64,000 nt of DNA, taken from positions 81,964,001 through 82,028,000 of the forward strand of contig NC_043006.1 in NCBI RefSeq assembly GCF_006345805.1, read 5' to 3'. The stretch is from Octopus sinensis. Lineage: Eukaryota. The position numbers and the translations under genes were made by a program. This document shows positions 26,070 to 37,992 of the stretch, in pieces; positions within the stretch are counted from its first letter, which is position 1; every line of letters begins with the position of its first letter. Under the pieces are notes generated by a model. That model was not told where the DNA came from. It saw only the letters and a program-made list of their open reading frames with translations, and did no database searches.

Positions 26070-26390
26070 ATCATCATCGTTTAGTGTCCGCTTTCCATGC
26101 TAGCATGGATTGGACGGTTCAACTAGTGTCTGGGAAGCCAGAAGGCTGCACCAGGCCCAGTCTGATCTGGCAATGTTTCTACGGCTGGATGCCCTTCCTA
26201 ACGCCAACCACTCCGTGAGTGTAGTGGGTGCTTCTACATGCCACCGGCATAGGTGCCAGACGAGGCTGGCAAACAGCCACGATCGGATGGTGCTTTTTAC
26301 GTGCCACCGGCACTGGTATCACACCTACAATTTCCATTGATGTTGATCGATTTCGATTTTGATTTTCACTTGCCTCAACAGGTCTTACTG
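26070..26390 (-). mobile_element. RTE 3' end
   Basis: Reverse complement of 25340-25720. Confidence 0.85.
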
Positions 26391-26430
<40 letters not shown>

Positions 26431-26701
26431 CAATGAGGATATTCAAACCTCTTATAGGGATATTTATCCAAGATACACTGGTTTAATATATTAAATTTTG
26501 AAAAGATAATTCTTCAATGAATATATTTAATAGAATATCATAAAATATCAAACATTTTTATCTAGTTAGAAAACAGAGAGATCTAATGGATACAAATTAA
26601 TTTATTAATTAATCAACATATTCACCTACGATTGTTTCATTTCACAAACAAAATTAAAATTGCAAAACACATATAATTTTATATTTTAAATACATTGTAT
26701 G

Positions 26702-26752
<51 letters not shown>

Positions 26753-27046
26753 TAATACATAAATATTTTATATACATATAATTATAATATATAAATATTT
26801 TATATATATAATTATAAAATATATACATATTTTATTATTTCTTCCAGAACTATCTAGGGAAATGCTATTATCACTGGTATATAAATTCACAACTCCTTAA
26901 TCTGTAGCTAGCTTGATAAGTGCTAATGCATGAATCTATGGCCTTTGAATTATTCCATTGCTTCTGCTAAATATTAATGAAAATATCTAGAGAAACAATG
27001 ATTCAAATAAACAAATAAAACCTTGGGTTTTAATGTACAATGTATG

Positions 27047-27077
<31 letters not shown>

Positions 27078-28217
27078 TGTGTGTGCATATATACATCTAA
27101 AAAGAGGTGAAGGCAGATTCAAAATTTTGAGATAATAAACAATGAAGTATGGTTATATATATATTTTATAGAGCAAACTTATTCAGATTGCTTAGACTCA
27201 AAGAATTAGAGGTTAGAAGACGTTACAAGTCCGATAGCTGTTTCTGAAAATATATGTATATACTCATGTTTTGAGTTCTTTTCATCTTGTTTGCATCACC
27301 ATGTGTAGGAGTGGAGGTGTGGGGGTCGGTGACTGATGGACTTCTACACATTTACCATTTATCAAATTCATTCCCAAGGCATTGGTTGGCCCAAGGGTAT
27401 AGTAAGAAACTGTTGTTGTATTAATGAGAAGACAAAGTATACTAATGGGATGAGACACATGGGATGGAGAATCGCTGAAAAGGTCATGGGATGTGTGACA
27501 AAAAGATTTTAGACAAAGGACACTAAAATAAAAACAATAATAATGCTGGAGTGAAGAATGAATATATAGTGATGTGTTTATTTGGCAAAAAGAAAATGAA
27601 CAATGGCCATCCTGAAATATAATAATATATTTCAACACATGATTTCACATCAGGAATTTTGCCATACAAACATACAAACATAAAAAATATACTTTGCATG
27701 CATGGAATTCTTTCTTCACCATGATGTGTTGGGCAAGTTTAACCCTTAGCATTCAGATTTCTCTGAATGACATTGTAGGGTAGGTGTGAGAGACCATATC
27801 TGGCCAGTTTCAAAATAGAACACAGATAGAATATTTGGGCTCAAAATGGCCAGATAAAAATTCTAAAGAGTTAAAAACGTTGGAAACCAACTTACTTTTA
27901 TAAAACATGGCAATTCATCCCCCATCTCCAACATCAGTCAATATTACTCCCTTCAGGCACTACGAAAGGAAATCTGTCCTACCACACAGCTTAAGTTCCA
28001 GCCCTGACCAAGATGACCAATAATGAAAGATAAATTGATCACATCTTTATTTCATACAAAGTTTTCAGAACTACAAGAGAACTACATAATCCAGGGTATC
28101 CTTTCCTTTTGTAGATTTTTAAGACAGAAAAATATGATTCAAGAGAGGTTTAGCTGCCATATCTAGCAAGGCAACTAACCACATAGAACAGCAACATTAA
28201 TGATCTCGAAAGAACAT

Positions 28218-28720
28218 GTGCCAATGAAGGAGCCCTCTACATGGTTACCTGACATGCTATAAATAGCAATCAAATGAATTACTGAAGGACCCTATACAGA
28301 CATGGTCACTCAACCTATTTGAAATAACAGCTAAACAAGCCAAAGAGGAAGCTTATATGGGATTATTTGACTTGCTAAAAAATAACAACCACATGTTAAT
28401 GAGAGAATCTATAAATGGTCAGTAAAATTGGCCAGTTTACTGGAGGTTTCTCCATAAATGCTTGGCCTGCTAGAAACAGCAGCCAAATGATTCAATCAGA
28501 CAGCACTCTCCATAGTCTCTCAAACTACTAAGAACAGCAACCAAATGAGCCAATGAAGGAGCCTAAATGTGGTCACTCAGTTTGCAAGAAATAGCTGGCA
28601 AATGAGTGAATACAGGAGCTCTCTGTATAGGCGCCCAATCTGCTATGACTAACATGCAGATGATGCAATGACAGAGCTTAAATATGGTTACTTGATCTTC
28701 TAGAAAACAGCAGTCATTTC
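28218..28720 (+). repeat. Degenerate tandem array of about nine ~57-bp family D heads
   Basis: Recurring aatga..gag.c...atggt.ac...c.tgcta.aaa.agca.ccaaatg at about 55-60 bp spacing. The last unit continues into the family D body and tail. Confidence 0.75.
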
Positions 28721-29133
28721 TTATTCAAACCACATCTTAACATCATGAACGAAGAAAAGACTAAATGATATAGTCTCTTTTATACAACGTATGACAGGAT
28801 GGTCATAATTTGAATGTCTGCATTTTGATCATTGGTCTACTAGATCGGAGCCAATTTGAAAGTTAAGCAACAACAGCAACGACAAATATTCCTGGAAATA
28901 AAAAAAATCACTAACTGAAATATACAAAAAGAAAATATTGGAAACAAAAAAAAAATACAATAATTGTGTTTGTTGCTGATGTTGCAGGTTTTTTTGCAGC
29001 TGCCTGTTGTGGCTGCAGTTGTTCTAATTCTTTATTGTATCAGATTCCAGCATCTAGCTCTCTATAAGCTGCATCTGACACAATTATGAAGTTTAGAACT
29101 ACGATATATAAGAAATATAACACCATCTTCACC

Positions 29134-29165
<32 letters not shown>

Positions 29166-29489
29166 CAACAACAGCAGCAGCAGCAGCACAACTAAATTTT
29201 TTTTCTATTGATTTAGTCTGGAGGAATGGGCTATACCTACAGTCTTCGCATGATCTCTGAGATCACAGAAACTACTACAGAAAGAATTGTTAGTACCCTA
29301 GATGAAATGCTTACTGGCATTTCACGTCTTTACATTCTGAGTTCAAATTTTGTTGAGTTCAACTTTTAATTTTATTCTTTTGAGGTCAATGAAATAAGTT
29401 CCAGTTGAACACTAGTGTCAAAATATTTTAAAATCTCCCCCCTCCCCGCACCAGATTTCAGGCCTTGTGCTCATAGTAAAAATAATAAT

Positions 29490-30065
29490 AATTATCATTA
29501 TTATTATTATTATTATTGAGTGAGCAAGTAGTGCATGCCATCAAAGTGACACTGAGGTAAAATATACAAAGTCCAGTATACCCATCATGACTACCCATCT
29601 GATAAGAGTACACCAGGTACATGCATCACAACCATATATGCGCAACATGGTGATCTCATATCAAGATAAATAGCGCATGACCTTACAGATGGGACCCCAT
29701 TAGAATTTTCTTCAACTCAAATAGTCCATCCCACCCATAAGGTCCCTGAATAAGGGTTGTTTAAGGATGTTGAACAAAACACCCACGTTTCCAGAGGTGA
29801 ACTATTCAGAGCCAAAAGAATCCCTCTCAACACATGGCTATGATGCTCCTCCACTACTTCTGCTCATGGTCAGAGATGCACATATCGTCAACCACCAAGG
29901 GACATGCTCAACTGGTTAAGGTCAAACAACTGACAAGCAAATCTGAGCAGAATATTTGTTGTAGCTCATCTTTTATGCCAAGACAAAACAATGTACATGA
30001 TAACACTTACAATCAGTTAAGACCAGAAGCAATGAAATCCACTGCCTGGTACTGCATCAGGGCAT
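29490..30065 (-). mobile_element. Unclassified interspersed repeat, probable LINE 3' end with (AAT)n tail
   Basis: Its terminal ~70 bp (gagtgag...catgccatcaaagtga...) recur at 57525-57593, also next to (ATT)n. Confidence 0.5.
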
Positions 30066-30524
30066 TTATTATTATTGTGGCGAGCTGGCAGAACTGTTAG
30101 CATACCAGAAAAATGATTAGCAGTATTTCGCCTGTCACTATGTTCTGAGTTCAAATTCTGCTGAGATCTACTTTGCCTTTCATCCTTTCAAGGGTTGATT
30201 AAATAAGCACCAGTTACGCTCTGGGGTCAATGTAAGTGACTTAATCTCCTCCCCCAAGCTACTTTTGTGGCAAAAATTTGAAATCATCACCATCATTATT
30301 ATTCTAATTATTATTATTATTATTATTATTATCATTATTATATGTCTGTCTTTACATTCTGAGTTCAAATGCCACCAATGCTGACTCTGCCTTTCAGCTT
30401 TTCAGGGTTGTTGCAATAAGTACCAGTTGGATATTGGGATCAATGTAATTGATTAGCCCCTCTCCTCAAATGTCAGGCCTTGTGCTTATAGTAGAAAAGA
30501 TTATTATTATGGAGCATGATGATG

Positions 30525-30615
<91 letters not shown>

Positions 30616-32794
30616 GGTAGCTAGCTGGCAGAATTGTTTACTGGAATTTCTTCCAGCTTTTGAAGTCCTGAGTTCAAATTCCATTGAAGTTAACTTTGCT
30701 TTTCATCTTGTCAGGATTGATACCAGCTGGGTGTTAGGGTCAGTGGAACACTACTTTTTGCTCTTTTGAGATTGATAAAATGAAGTACCAGTTACTTACT
30801 TGGGTTACTATAATAAAATGTTCCAAGATTTGAGATTTCTGGTTTTGTGCCTACCTTAGAAACTGTTATCAGAAACTAGATTGAAGTATCTGCCCTTCCG
30901 TTTCTTGCTGCAGGGATACATTCTGCTAGTCAGAACCAGCTGACAGCATCATCAGAATAACCAGCTTTGTAGAGCAGAGTTTTTTCTTTTATTATATACC
31001 CAGGCCTATTCCCCAATTTATTAGGAGGGGGTAGCCACAAGACACACACCAGGCATTCCATTCATTTCCCAATTCAAAAAGGTGAGCCCCTTCTATGCTC
31101 AGGTCAAGGCACAGAATGCAACCCCCAATATCAGCAGCAGGGCCCAACAGCATATGCTGGTTTACCCCCACCACATCATGCTGGTTCCGTACCCCTTTGA
31201 GCAACATCAAATTCCCTCATCCATCTACAAACACTCTCCAAGCTTTTCTATCATCTATAAACTCTATTGCTTCTCTCACTCCAACACCTCCAACCACAAA
31301 AGCTTTCCTCACTCCATCAGCAAGCAGTGAACTTAGGAGATAAAAAGAAAACGCTAGAGGTATTTAGTCACAGTACTTTATATTCTGAATTCAGTTTCCA
31401 ACTAAAGCTAAAATTGCTCATTCACGCTAAAATATGTACCAGTCATGTGGCTTGCTCCAAAGTTTGTAGCCTGAAGAAAGTGCAACAATACTAATAACAA
31501 ATGTATTAAATGAACAAGGAAGCCTGCATATGATCGTTCTAAAAATATCAACCAAATTTCCCACAAAACATACCTTATTGTTTCAAAAGGAAAATGACAT
31601 AATGGATAATGTAAACTGGACTATACAAAGCCTGGAACGCAAATAGGATGGTTTAAAAGGAATAACTTTGATCACAGCCACAAGAAACACAGCATATAGA
31701 AATGAAATATTTATCTAACAATAATGAAAGCATACAATGAAAATTATGATGCCTATATGCCTATGTGTGTAATATGTGTATGTATGTGTGAGGACGCATG
31801 CTTATGTATAAGTATATATATTCATGTGGAAGTATAAACAAATATTTTATATGGAAGTATATATTCACGTGAGTACATATTCATCTAAAGTTGAAAGCAT
31901 GCTACTAGGTATACATATGTATGTAAACACGGCAAAACAAATTAAAAGGAAAGAAAATGAAAAAAAAAAGACAATGGAAAATCATATTCCAAATGTGAAT
32001 AAAAGACATTATTCTATAAAACTATTCTTTGATATGCTTGCAAAGTATTATTAAGATTGGAAAATAACCAGTAGCCAAAAATACCAATGGAATTGCTTTT
32101 CACAAAGACATAGATATTTACTTTAAATCCTCTTGTTCATAGCTTCCATTATGGTCCAGGTAATTCTAGAGAATTTATGCAGTATGGAATTAACAATTAC
32201 TAGTTCTGTTTACAAACAAACTTCCAACACAAACCCAGCACACACACACACAGAGGTACAGACAATACAGCCTCATTAGAGTCCTTTGACCTGCTAGAAA
32301 TAATTGCAAAATTCCTTCAAATCACACACTTTAAGTCTTAGAAATGAAGGACATGCTGGCTAATACAGATTCCACTGTGCCAAGAAAAAAAGAAGGGGTG
32401 GTCATGGTCACACTATGATCATGCAAAACTATGATTTTGAAAATAGTTCTATCTGATCAGAGCTGACCAAAGACTAAATGACAATGACAGCAACAACAAC
32501 AAGAACTTCAACCCTCAGTGTATCTGGGACTACATTAACCAATGTGTCTTTGCTTTTCCTAAGACTATAGGATTTGAAATAAGGATAATTTGGCCGCTAT
32601 TTCTAGCTGGTCACATGACTATTTAAGGACAAACAAAAGGGAAGGACATATTAATAAATGTAGTCATTGATACATTGTACTGGAATACCCTACCCACACC
32701 TAACTAAATGATCAGGGCTAGAACTAGAATGTCTTTGCTCCTTTGAACCTAGATCTGCTTCATTAGGCTAACCTAGGGTTAAATAAGCACAACA

Positions 32795-33330
32795 TCTACA
32801 TATTGGAGTACAGAATTCAAGCCTCTTCTCCTTATCTCCTCAAAGACATACATCATCTCGAAAGAGTTCAGAAGCTGGCTACCCACATGGTTCTTGGTCT
32901 CAAGCATTTGTCTTATGAAGAAAGGCTGAAGACGCTCGACCTTTATTCTCTAGAAAAATGATGATGCCGTGGTGATCTCATTCTCGCTCACAACATCATA
33001 AGCAGAAAGTGTAACCTCTCGAAAGAGCTGTTCTTCGCTCCTGCTCCAGAGCGTCAGCTGCGGAGTCACTCCGAAAAGCTCTATCTGCAACGATTTCATC
33101 TCAATCGAAGGAGAGGGGCTTTCCCCGTCCGGGTTGCGGATCCATGGAATAAGCTGCTGGACGAGATAGTGAAGATGCCGACAACCGCTCGGTTCAAAGT
33201 CTCTCTTGACCAGAAATGGCCTGAACTCTTTGCATAAACACCCTCCCTGTACATAACTCCATGTCCCCCTACATGGCCTTGCTTTTTGCTTTTTGAACCA
33301 AAAAATTAACTTAACTTAAATTAAATTAAA
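32795..33330 (+). mobile_element. CR1 LINE 3' end
   Basis: LEY..QASSPYLLKDIHHLERVQKLAT...SYEERLKTLDLYSLEK**.RGDLI...VADPWNKL...LDQKWPELFA* followed by a (TTAAC/TTAAA)n tail. Confidence 0.9.
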
Positions 33331-34527
33331 TAGAATAAATACACAGTGACAGCTGTTGTTGTTTAACCTCAGGTTAACCATGATCAAAAGTATTCTAGCG
33401 ATGACCATTCTGTCATTTTATTTTTCCAATGTGTCCTTCCTTTTCTAAAATGATATAAAAGTTATTTGATTGCTCTTTCTAGCAGTTTAAGTAAATATGT
33501 AGACTTCCTCATTGGCTCATACAAAAATTATTATCATAGATTAAAACCTTATGGTTACAAGCTGGCACAATCATTAGCTTGTCAGACAAAATGTTTCACA
33601 GCGTTTCTTTTGACCCTTTCCATAATGAGTTCAAATTCCACCAGGGTCAACTTCACCTTTCATCCTTTTTAGAGATGAATAAAATAAGTACCAGTTAAGC
33701 ACTGGGGTCAATGTAATCAATGTACCTCCTTCTCTAAAATTGCTAGCCTTGTTCCATAATTTGAAACAAATATTATAGATTAACGTGTAGATTAATATTA
33801 CAGATTAACATACAGATTAAGGTGGCAAGCTGGCAGAATAGTTGGCACCCCAAACAAAATACTTAGCAGCATTTCGTCTGCTGCTATGTTCTGAGTTCAA
33901 ATTCTTCCATGGTCAACTTTGCCTTTCATCTGCTTAAGGTCAACAAAGTACTAGTTGCAAACTGGGGTTGATGTAATCAATGAGCCCCCACCTCTTAAGT
34001 TTCAGGCCTTGTATCTATAGTAGAAAAGCTTCTTATAGATTAACATCTTAAGGTAGAAGGCTGGCAGAGTCATTAGTGTGTCAGACAAAATGCTTCACAG
34101 TATTTCTTCCAACATTTTATGTTCTGAGTTCAAATTCTACCAAGGATGATCTTTGTCTTTCACACTTTTTTTTGTTTTAGATATGCTCATTTTCTCACCT
34201 ACCACTGTCCAATATGGAACATTTATGTATTGATTCTCTATTCAATGCCTCAGTATGTACAGTAATGCCTCACTGAGAAGTTCTAAGACAGAATATGCTC
34301 AGAGTTTTCTCCCATACTTGCCAAAATTACTAAATTTATATTAGTCATGGAGCTAGTGTTGTCATTTTATTACCATTTAATTATTCTTGATTAACATTTT
34401 GCAGTTCATTGCATTAAACATGTTAATATTAACTTAACTGTTATTTTTTATGCAAAGAATGCCTCAAAGTAATTTATATTCTAACATATACTAATTTTCA
34501 ATTCCAACTACTCTTTTGCCCTTTTTT

Positions 34528-34915
34528 TTATTGTTTCAGTCATTTGACTGTGGCCACGCTGGAGCACCGCATTTAGTCGAGCAAATCGAACCCAGGACTT
34601 ATTCTTTGTAAGCCTAGTACTTATTCTATCGGTCTCTTTTGCTGAACGCTAAGTTACAGAGATGTAAACGCACCAGCATCGGTTGTCAAGCGATATTGGG
34701 GGGGGGGACAAACACAGACACACAAACATATACACACACATGCATATATATATACGATGGGCTTCTTTCAGTTTCTGTCTACCAAATCCACTCACAAGGC
34801 TTTGGTTGGCCCAAGGCTATAGTAGAAGACACTTGCCCAAGGTGCCACGCAGTGGGACTGAACCCAGAACCATGTGGTTCATAAGCAAGCTACTTACCAC
34901 ACAGCCACTCCTGTG
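34528..34915 (-). mobile_element. SINE family A, near full length
   Basis: All family motifs are present. Confidence 0.88.
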
Positions 34916-35339
34916 TCTGTACAAGTTTGTAAATTTACTCTGATTCTCTCATCAATACCTCAGTAAGATGAAGTCAACATGCATTGCTGAGTCTCCAACC
35001 CTTACCAATAAACATAAAATAATGATGATGATGACGACGACAATGATGATTTAATGCTGTCTTTTCCTCACCACGTAATCATTTCCAATTAGATTTTCGA
35101 TGCTCATTACATTAAGTATGTTATAACACTAACTTAACTGTTGCTGCTGATATTGATCAGTGACTGATATAAGAAGAGTCAATTATACATGGTTGGTGTA
35201 GTATATATTGCTAAGTTAGTTTGACTTAGTAGAATATACTGTCTAGCCTAAAAAAACAAAGAACAACACTGAGTTGTAGTTAGCTGAAGGACATCTATGT
35301 ATTTCATGTTATGTATATATATGATAAAATCATCCTTCA

Positions 35340-36180
35340 CAATTTTCATGGAAGAAAAGATAAAAAAAAGTAACAGAGAACATATAAGAGAGTAAAATGT
35401 GAGAGAAGAGTTAAGATTACTAGATTAAGTAGGAAAGTGAAAGTGGTGAAGAGTAAAAGTGATAGAATAAAATAGAAGAAAAGAGACAGTAAATGCGAAA
35501 GAGCTAAAACTGATAGAGTAAGAAGAATAGAATAGGAGGTGATAGAACTAAGGAGACAGAATCAAAAGAGAGAATAGAACAGATAGATAAAAGAGATAAG
35601 GTAAATTAGAAAAAGTAGAAAGAGTAAGGAAAAAGAGTTAAAGTTGGTAGCATAAAAGTGATGGGGTAGAAAAGATAGGAAAAACAAAATGAGAATAAAT
35701 CAGATGGAGAGAAGAAAAAGAAGGCTATGAAGAATTGGTAGAGTAAAAGAGATAGAACAGATGGTATAGAATAAAAGTGAATAAAGTGAAAAACAATTTA
35801 AGTAAAAAAGAAAGTGCAAAGAAAATGGAGTAAAAAAAGTTAAAAGAGAAACAGAAAAAGAATAAAAGAAGTGGGAAAAGTGAAAGGGTAGAAGAGAAAA
35901 GTAAAACTGATAGAGTAAGAGAGAGGTGATAAAAGAGAAAGGGTATAAAGTGAAGGGGTAAAAAGCATTGGGTAAAAGTGACAGAGTAAAAGAGAAGGGG
36001 AAAATAAAGAGGGTGAAAGTAAGAGGGTAAAAAGTAGCAAGGTAAATTTAAGAGACATTGGGTAAGAGATGAGGTAAGAGTGACAGAGTAAAGAAAAAAA
36101 AATGAAAGGGTAATAAAAAAAAGTTAAAATGAAATGTAAAGAGTGAAAGAAGAAAGAGATACAAAGATAAAAGAAGTAAT
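35340..36180 (+). repeat. Purine-rich low-complexity tract (decayed gatagagtaaaa-like minisatellite)
   Basis: Strongly A/G-biased on the plus strand for ~840 bp, with recurring gatagagtaa and aaaagtga. Confidence 0.85.
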
Positions 36181-36188
36181 TTACTTAC
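36181..36188 (-). promoter_or_regulatory. 5' splice donor of the ACER3 exon
   Basis: Minus strand reads GTAAGTAA directly after the exon, a consensus donor. Confidence 0.85.
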
Positions 36189-36299
36189 TTAGCAGACTAA
36201 TGTTACACATCAGCAACCTCATCTCGAGTTTCTGCCTCAATGCCAATACAGCCAGAAACACGGGTGGGATTATCATGACAACATTACTAATGGTATTCC
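36189..36299 (-). CDS. ACER3: Internal coding exon (exon 2 equivalent) of alkaline ceramidase 3
   Basis: Minus strand reads (T)GG-NTISNVVMIIPPVFLAVLALRQKLEMRLLMCNISLL-A with no stops. It aligns without gaps to human ACER3 WNTVSNLIMIIPPMFGAVQSVRDGLEKRYIASYLALT (about 17/36 identical, human sequence recalled from memory). Length is 111 nt with phase 1/1, as I recall for human exon 2. Acceptor is tgtgttttctgtcttccag and donor is gtaagtaa. Confidence 0.9.
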
Positions 36300-36345
36300 C
36301 TGGAAGACAGAAAACACAAGCAGAAATTAATGGATGATAAATAAT
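36300..36345 (-). promoter_or_regulatory. 3' splice site, polypyrimidine tract and candidate branch point of the ACER3 exon
   Basis: Minus strand reads ccattaatttctgcttgtgttttctgtcttccAG. Confidence 0.8.
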
Positions 36346-36916
36346 GCATAATAACACATTACTGACTAATGAAGATGCTTCAAACTATGGTTCATTTATA
36401 ATGTGTGTGTATATGGCAACAGAATGGAAGACATGGTAAATATGTGACACAGAGGGTGATAGACATACAGACAGACAGAGAAAGGGAGTAACATAACTGT
36501 GAACGAACGAGGAACAAGTCAGTGTAACCTAAAGTATTTCCTGGGTAACTCATTAGCAGGTAAACACATGTGTTTGTGTATATGTGGGGGTATGAGAGAG
36601 AGAGAGAGAGAGAAAGTGACAAAGACAAAGAGTACAATGTAAATTTATAGTAAATATGCAGCAAAAAACAAAACAAAACAAAAACAAATTCCTTCAGGAG
36701 CAGATGGAACTAAACATACTCTAAGGTGTTTTTTTGGGTAACACTTTAATAGGTGATAAACCCTTTGATATTTGAACAGGCCACATCTGGCCCAAATATT
36801 CTACTTGATTTATGTTTAAACTGGCCAGATCTGATATCTTACACCTACCCAACAATGTCATTCTGAAGAAGAAACAATCACATCATTGAAACCTCAAAGC
36901 TACAAGATAATGCATA

Positions 36917-37295
36917 GGCGCAGGAGTGGCTGTGTGGTAAGTAGCTTGCTTACCAACCACATGGTTCCAGGTTCAGACCCACTATGTCTTCTACTATAGC
37001 CTTGGGCCGACCAAAGCCTTGTGAGTGGATTTGGTAGATGGAAACTGAAAGAAACCCATCGTATATATATATATAATATGTGTGTGTGTGTATATGTTTG
37101 TGTGTCTGTGTTTGCCCCCCCAACATTGCTTGACAACTGATGCTGGTGGTGTTTACGTCCCTGTAACTTAGTGGTTTGACAAAAGAGACCAAATGAAATA
37201 AGTACTAGGCTTACAAAGAGTAAGTCCTTGGGTTGATTTGCTCGACTAAAGGCAGTGCCCCAGCATGGCCACAGTCAAATGACTGATACAAGTAA
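36917..37295 (+). mobile_element. SINE family A, near full length
   Basis: Starts ggcgcaggagtggctgtgtggtaagtagc and ends gactgatacaagtaaagg. Confidence 0.88.
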
Positions 37296-37630
37296 AGGAA
37301 AAAAGAGTAAATTAATTTTTTAAAATGTGAATAAAAAAGCCTTACACTTGACAGAATAATCTTAATATTAAAGGGTTGAAGAATGCATATAGCTCTCTCT
37401 CTCTCTCTCCCCTCTCTCTCTGACAAACAGACAGACCATCTTACAAACAATATAATTAGAACCAATCATCCATAAAATCATATCCAATCATGGAGAAATA
37501 TTATGTTGCTTGGGAACAACTGAAGGATGGTAGCAGGAAGGTTGTTTTGCCCTCAGAAAAAAATCTCCATCAACAAATTCTACCTGATCCATGTAAGCAT
37601 AAGAAAAGTGTACATTAGAATGATAGTAGT

Positions 37631-37661
<31 letters not shown>

Positions 37662-37953
37662 ACGATGAGGAGGAGGATATACTTGAAGAAGATGATTGAA
37701 TGTTTGATTGACATCCAGAATTTATTGCAAAGTTATGAGACCTGTCACATTTGAAGACCTTCAAGATTTAACAGAATCACAAATGATTAATTCAGACAAT
37801 GAAGAAGAGACATTTCTAGAACAGCTATAAATAACAAAGATCTTATCTAACAAAAAAAAAAACGGGCATTTGCATATATATAACTCTTTATATCTTGTTT
37901 CAACTTTAAAGCTGTGGTCATGCTGGGGCACAACCATTCTCTCTCTCTCTCTC

Positions 37954-37992
<39 letters not shown>

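Noticed and set aside
25878-26084. ORF with a signal-peptide-like start (MLKFFILLIINIVLCTLSSQEINC)
   Set aside because: Hydrophobic runs arise readily in AT-rich DNA, there is no recognisable homology, the ORF ends inside an RTE tail, and it is antisense in an intron.
27896-27935. Minus-strand GDELPCFIK followed by gtaagt, resembling ACER3 LLDELP
   Set aside because: There are in-frame stops just upstream, no acceptor, and the donor is at the wrong position.
28935-29100. Minus frame DAAYRELDAGI*YNKELEQLQPQQAAAKKPA, considered as a Sec or read-through exon
   Set aside because: The second half is a decayed CAA/CAG microsatellite, there is no donor or SECIS evidence, and there is no homology.
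35189-35247. 59-nt minus-strand AG..GT candidate exon, the same length as a later ACER3 exon
   Set aside because: The translation ARQYILLSQTNLAIYTTPT has no similarity to ACER3, and the order would be wrong.
36143-36337. Plus-strand 64-aa ORF in the track
   Set aside because: It is the antisense shadow of the ACER3 exon. The homology and splice sites are on the minus strand.
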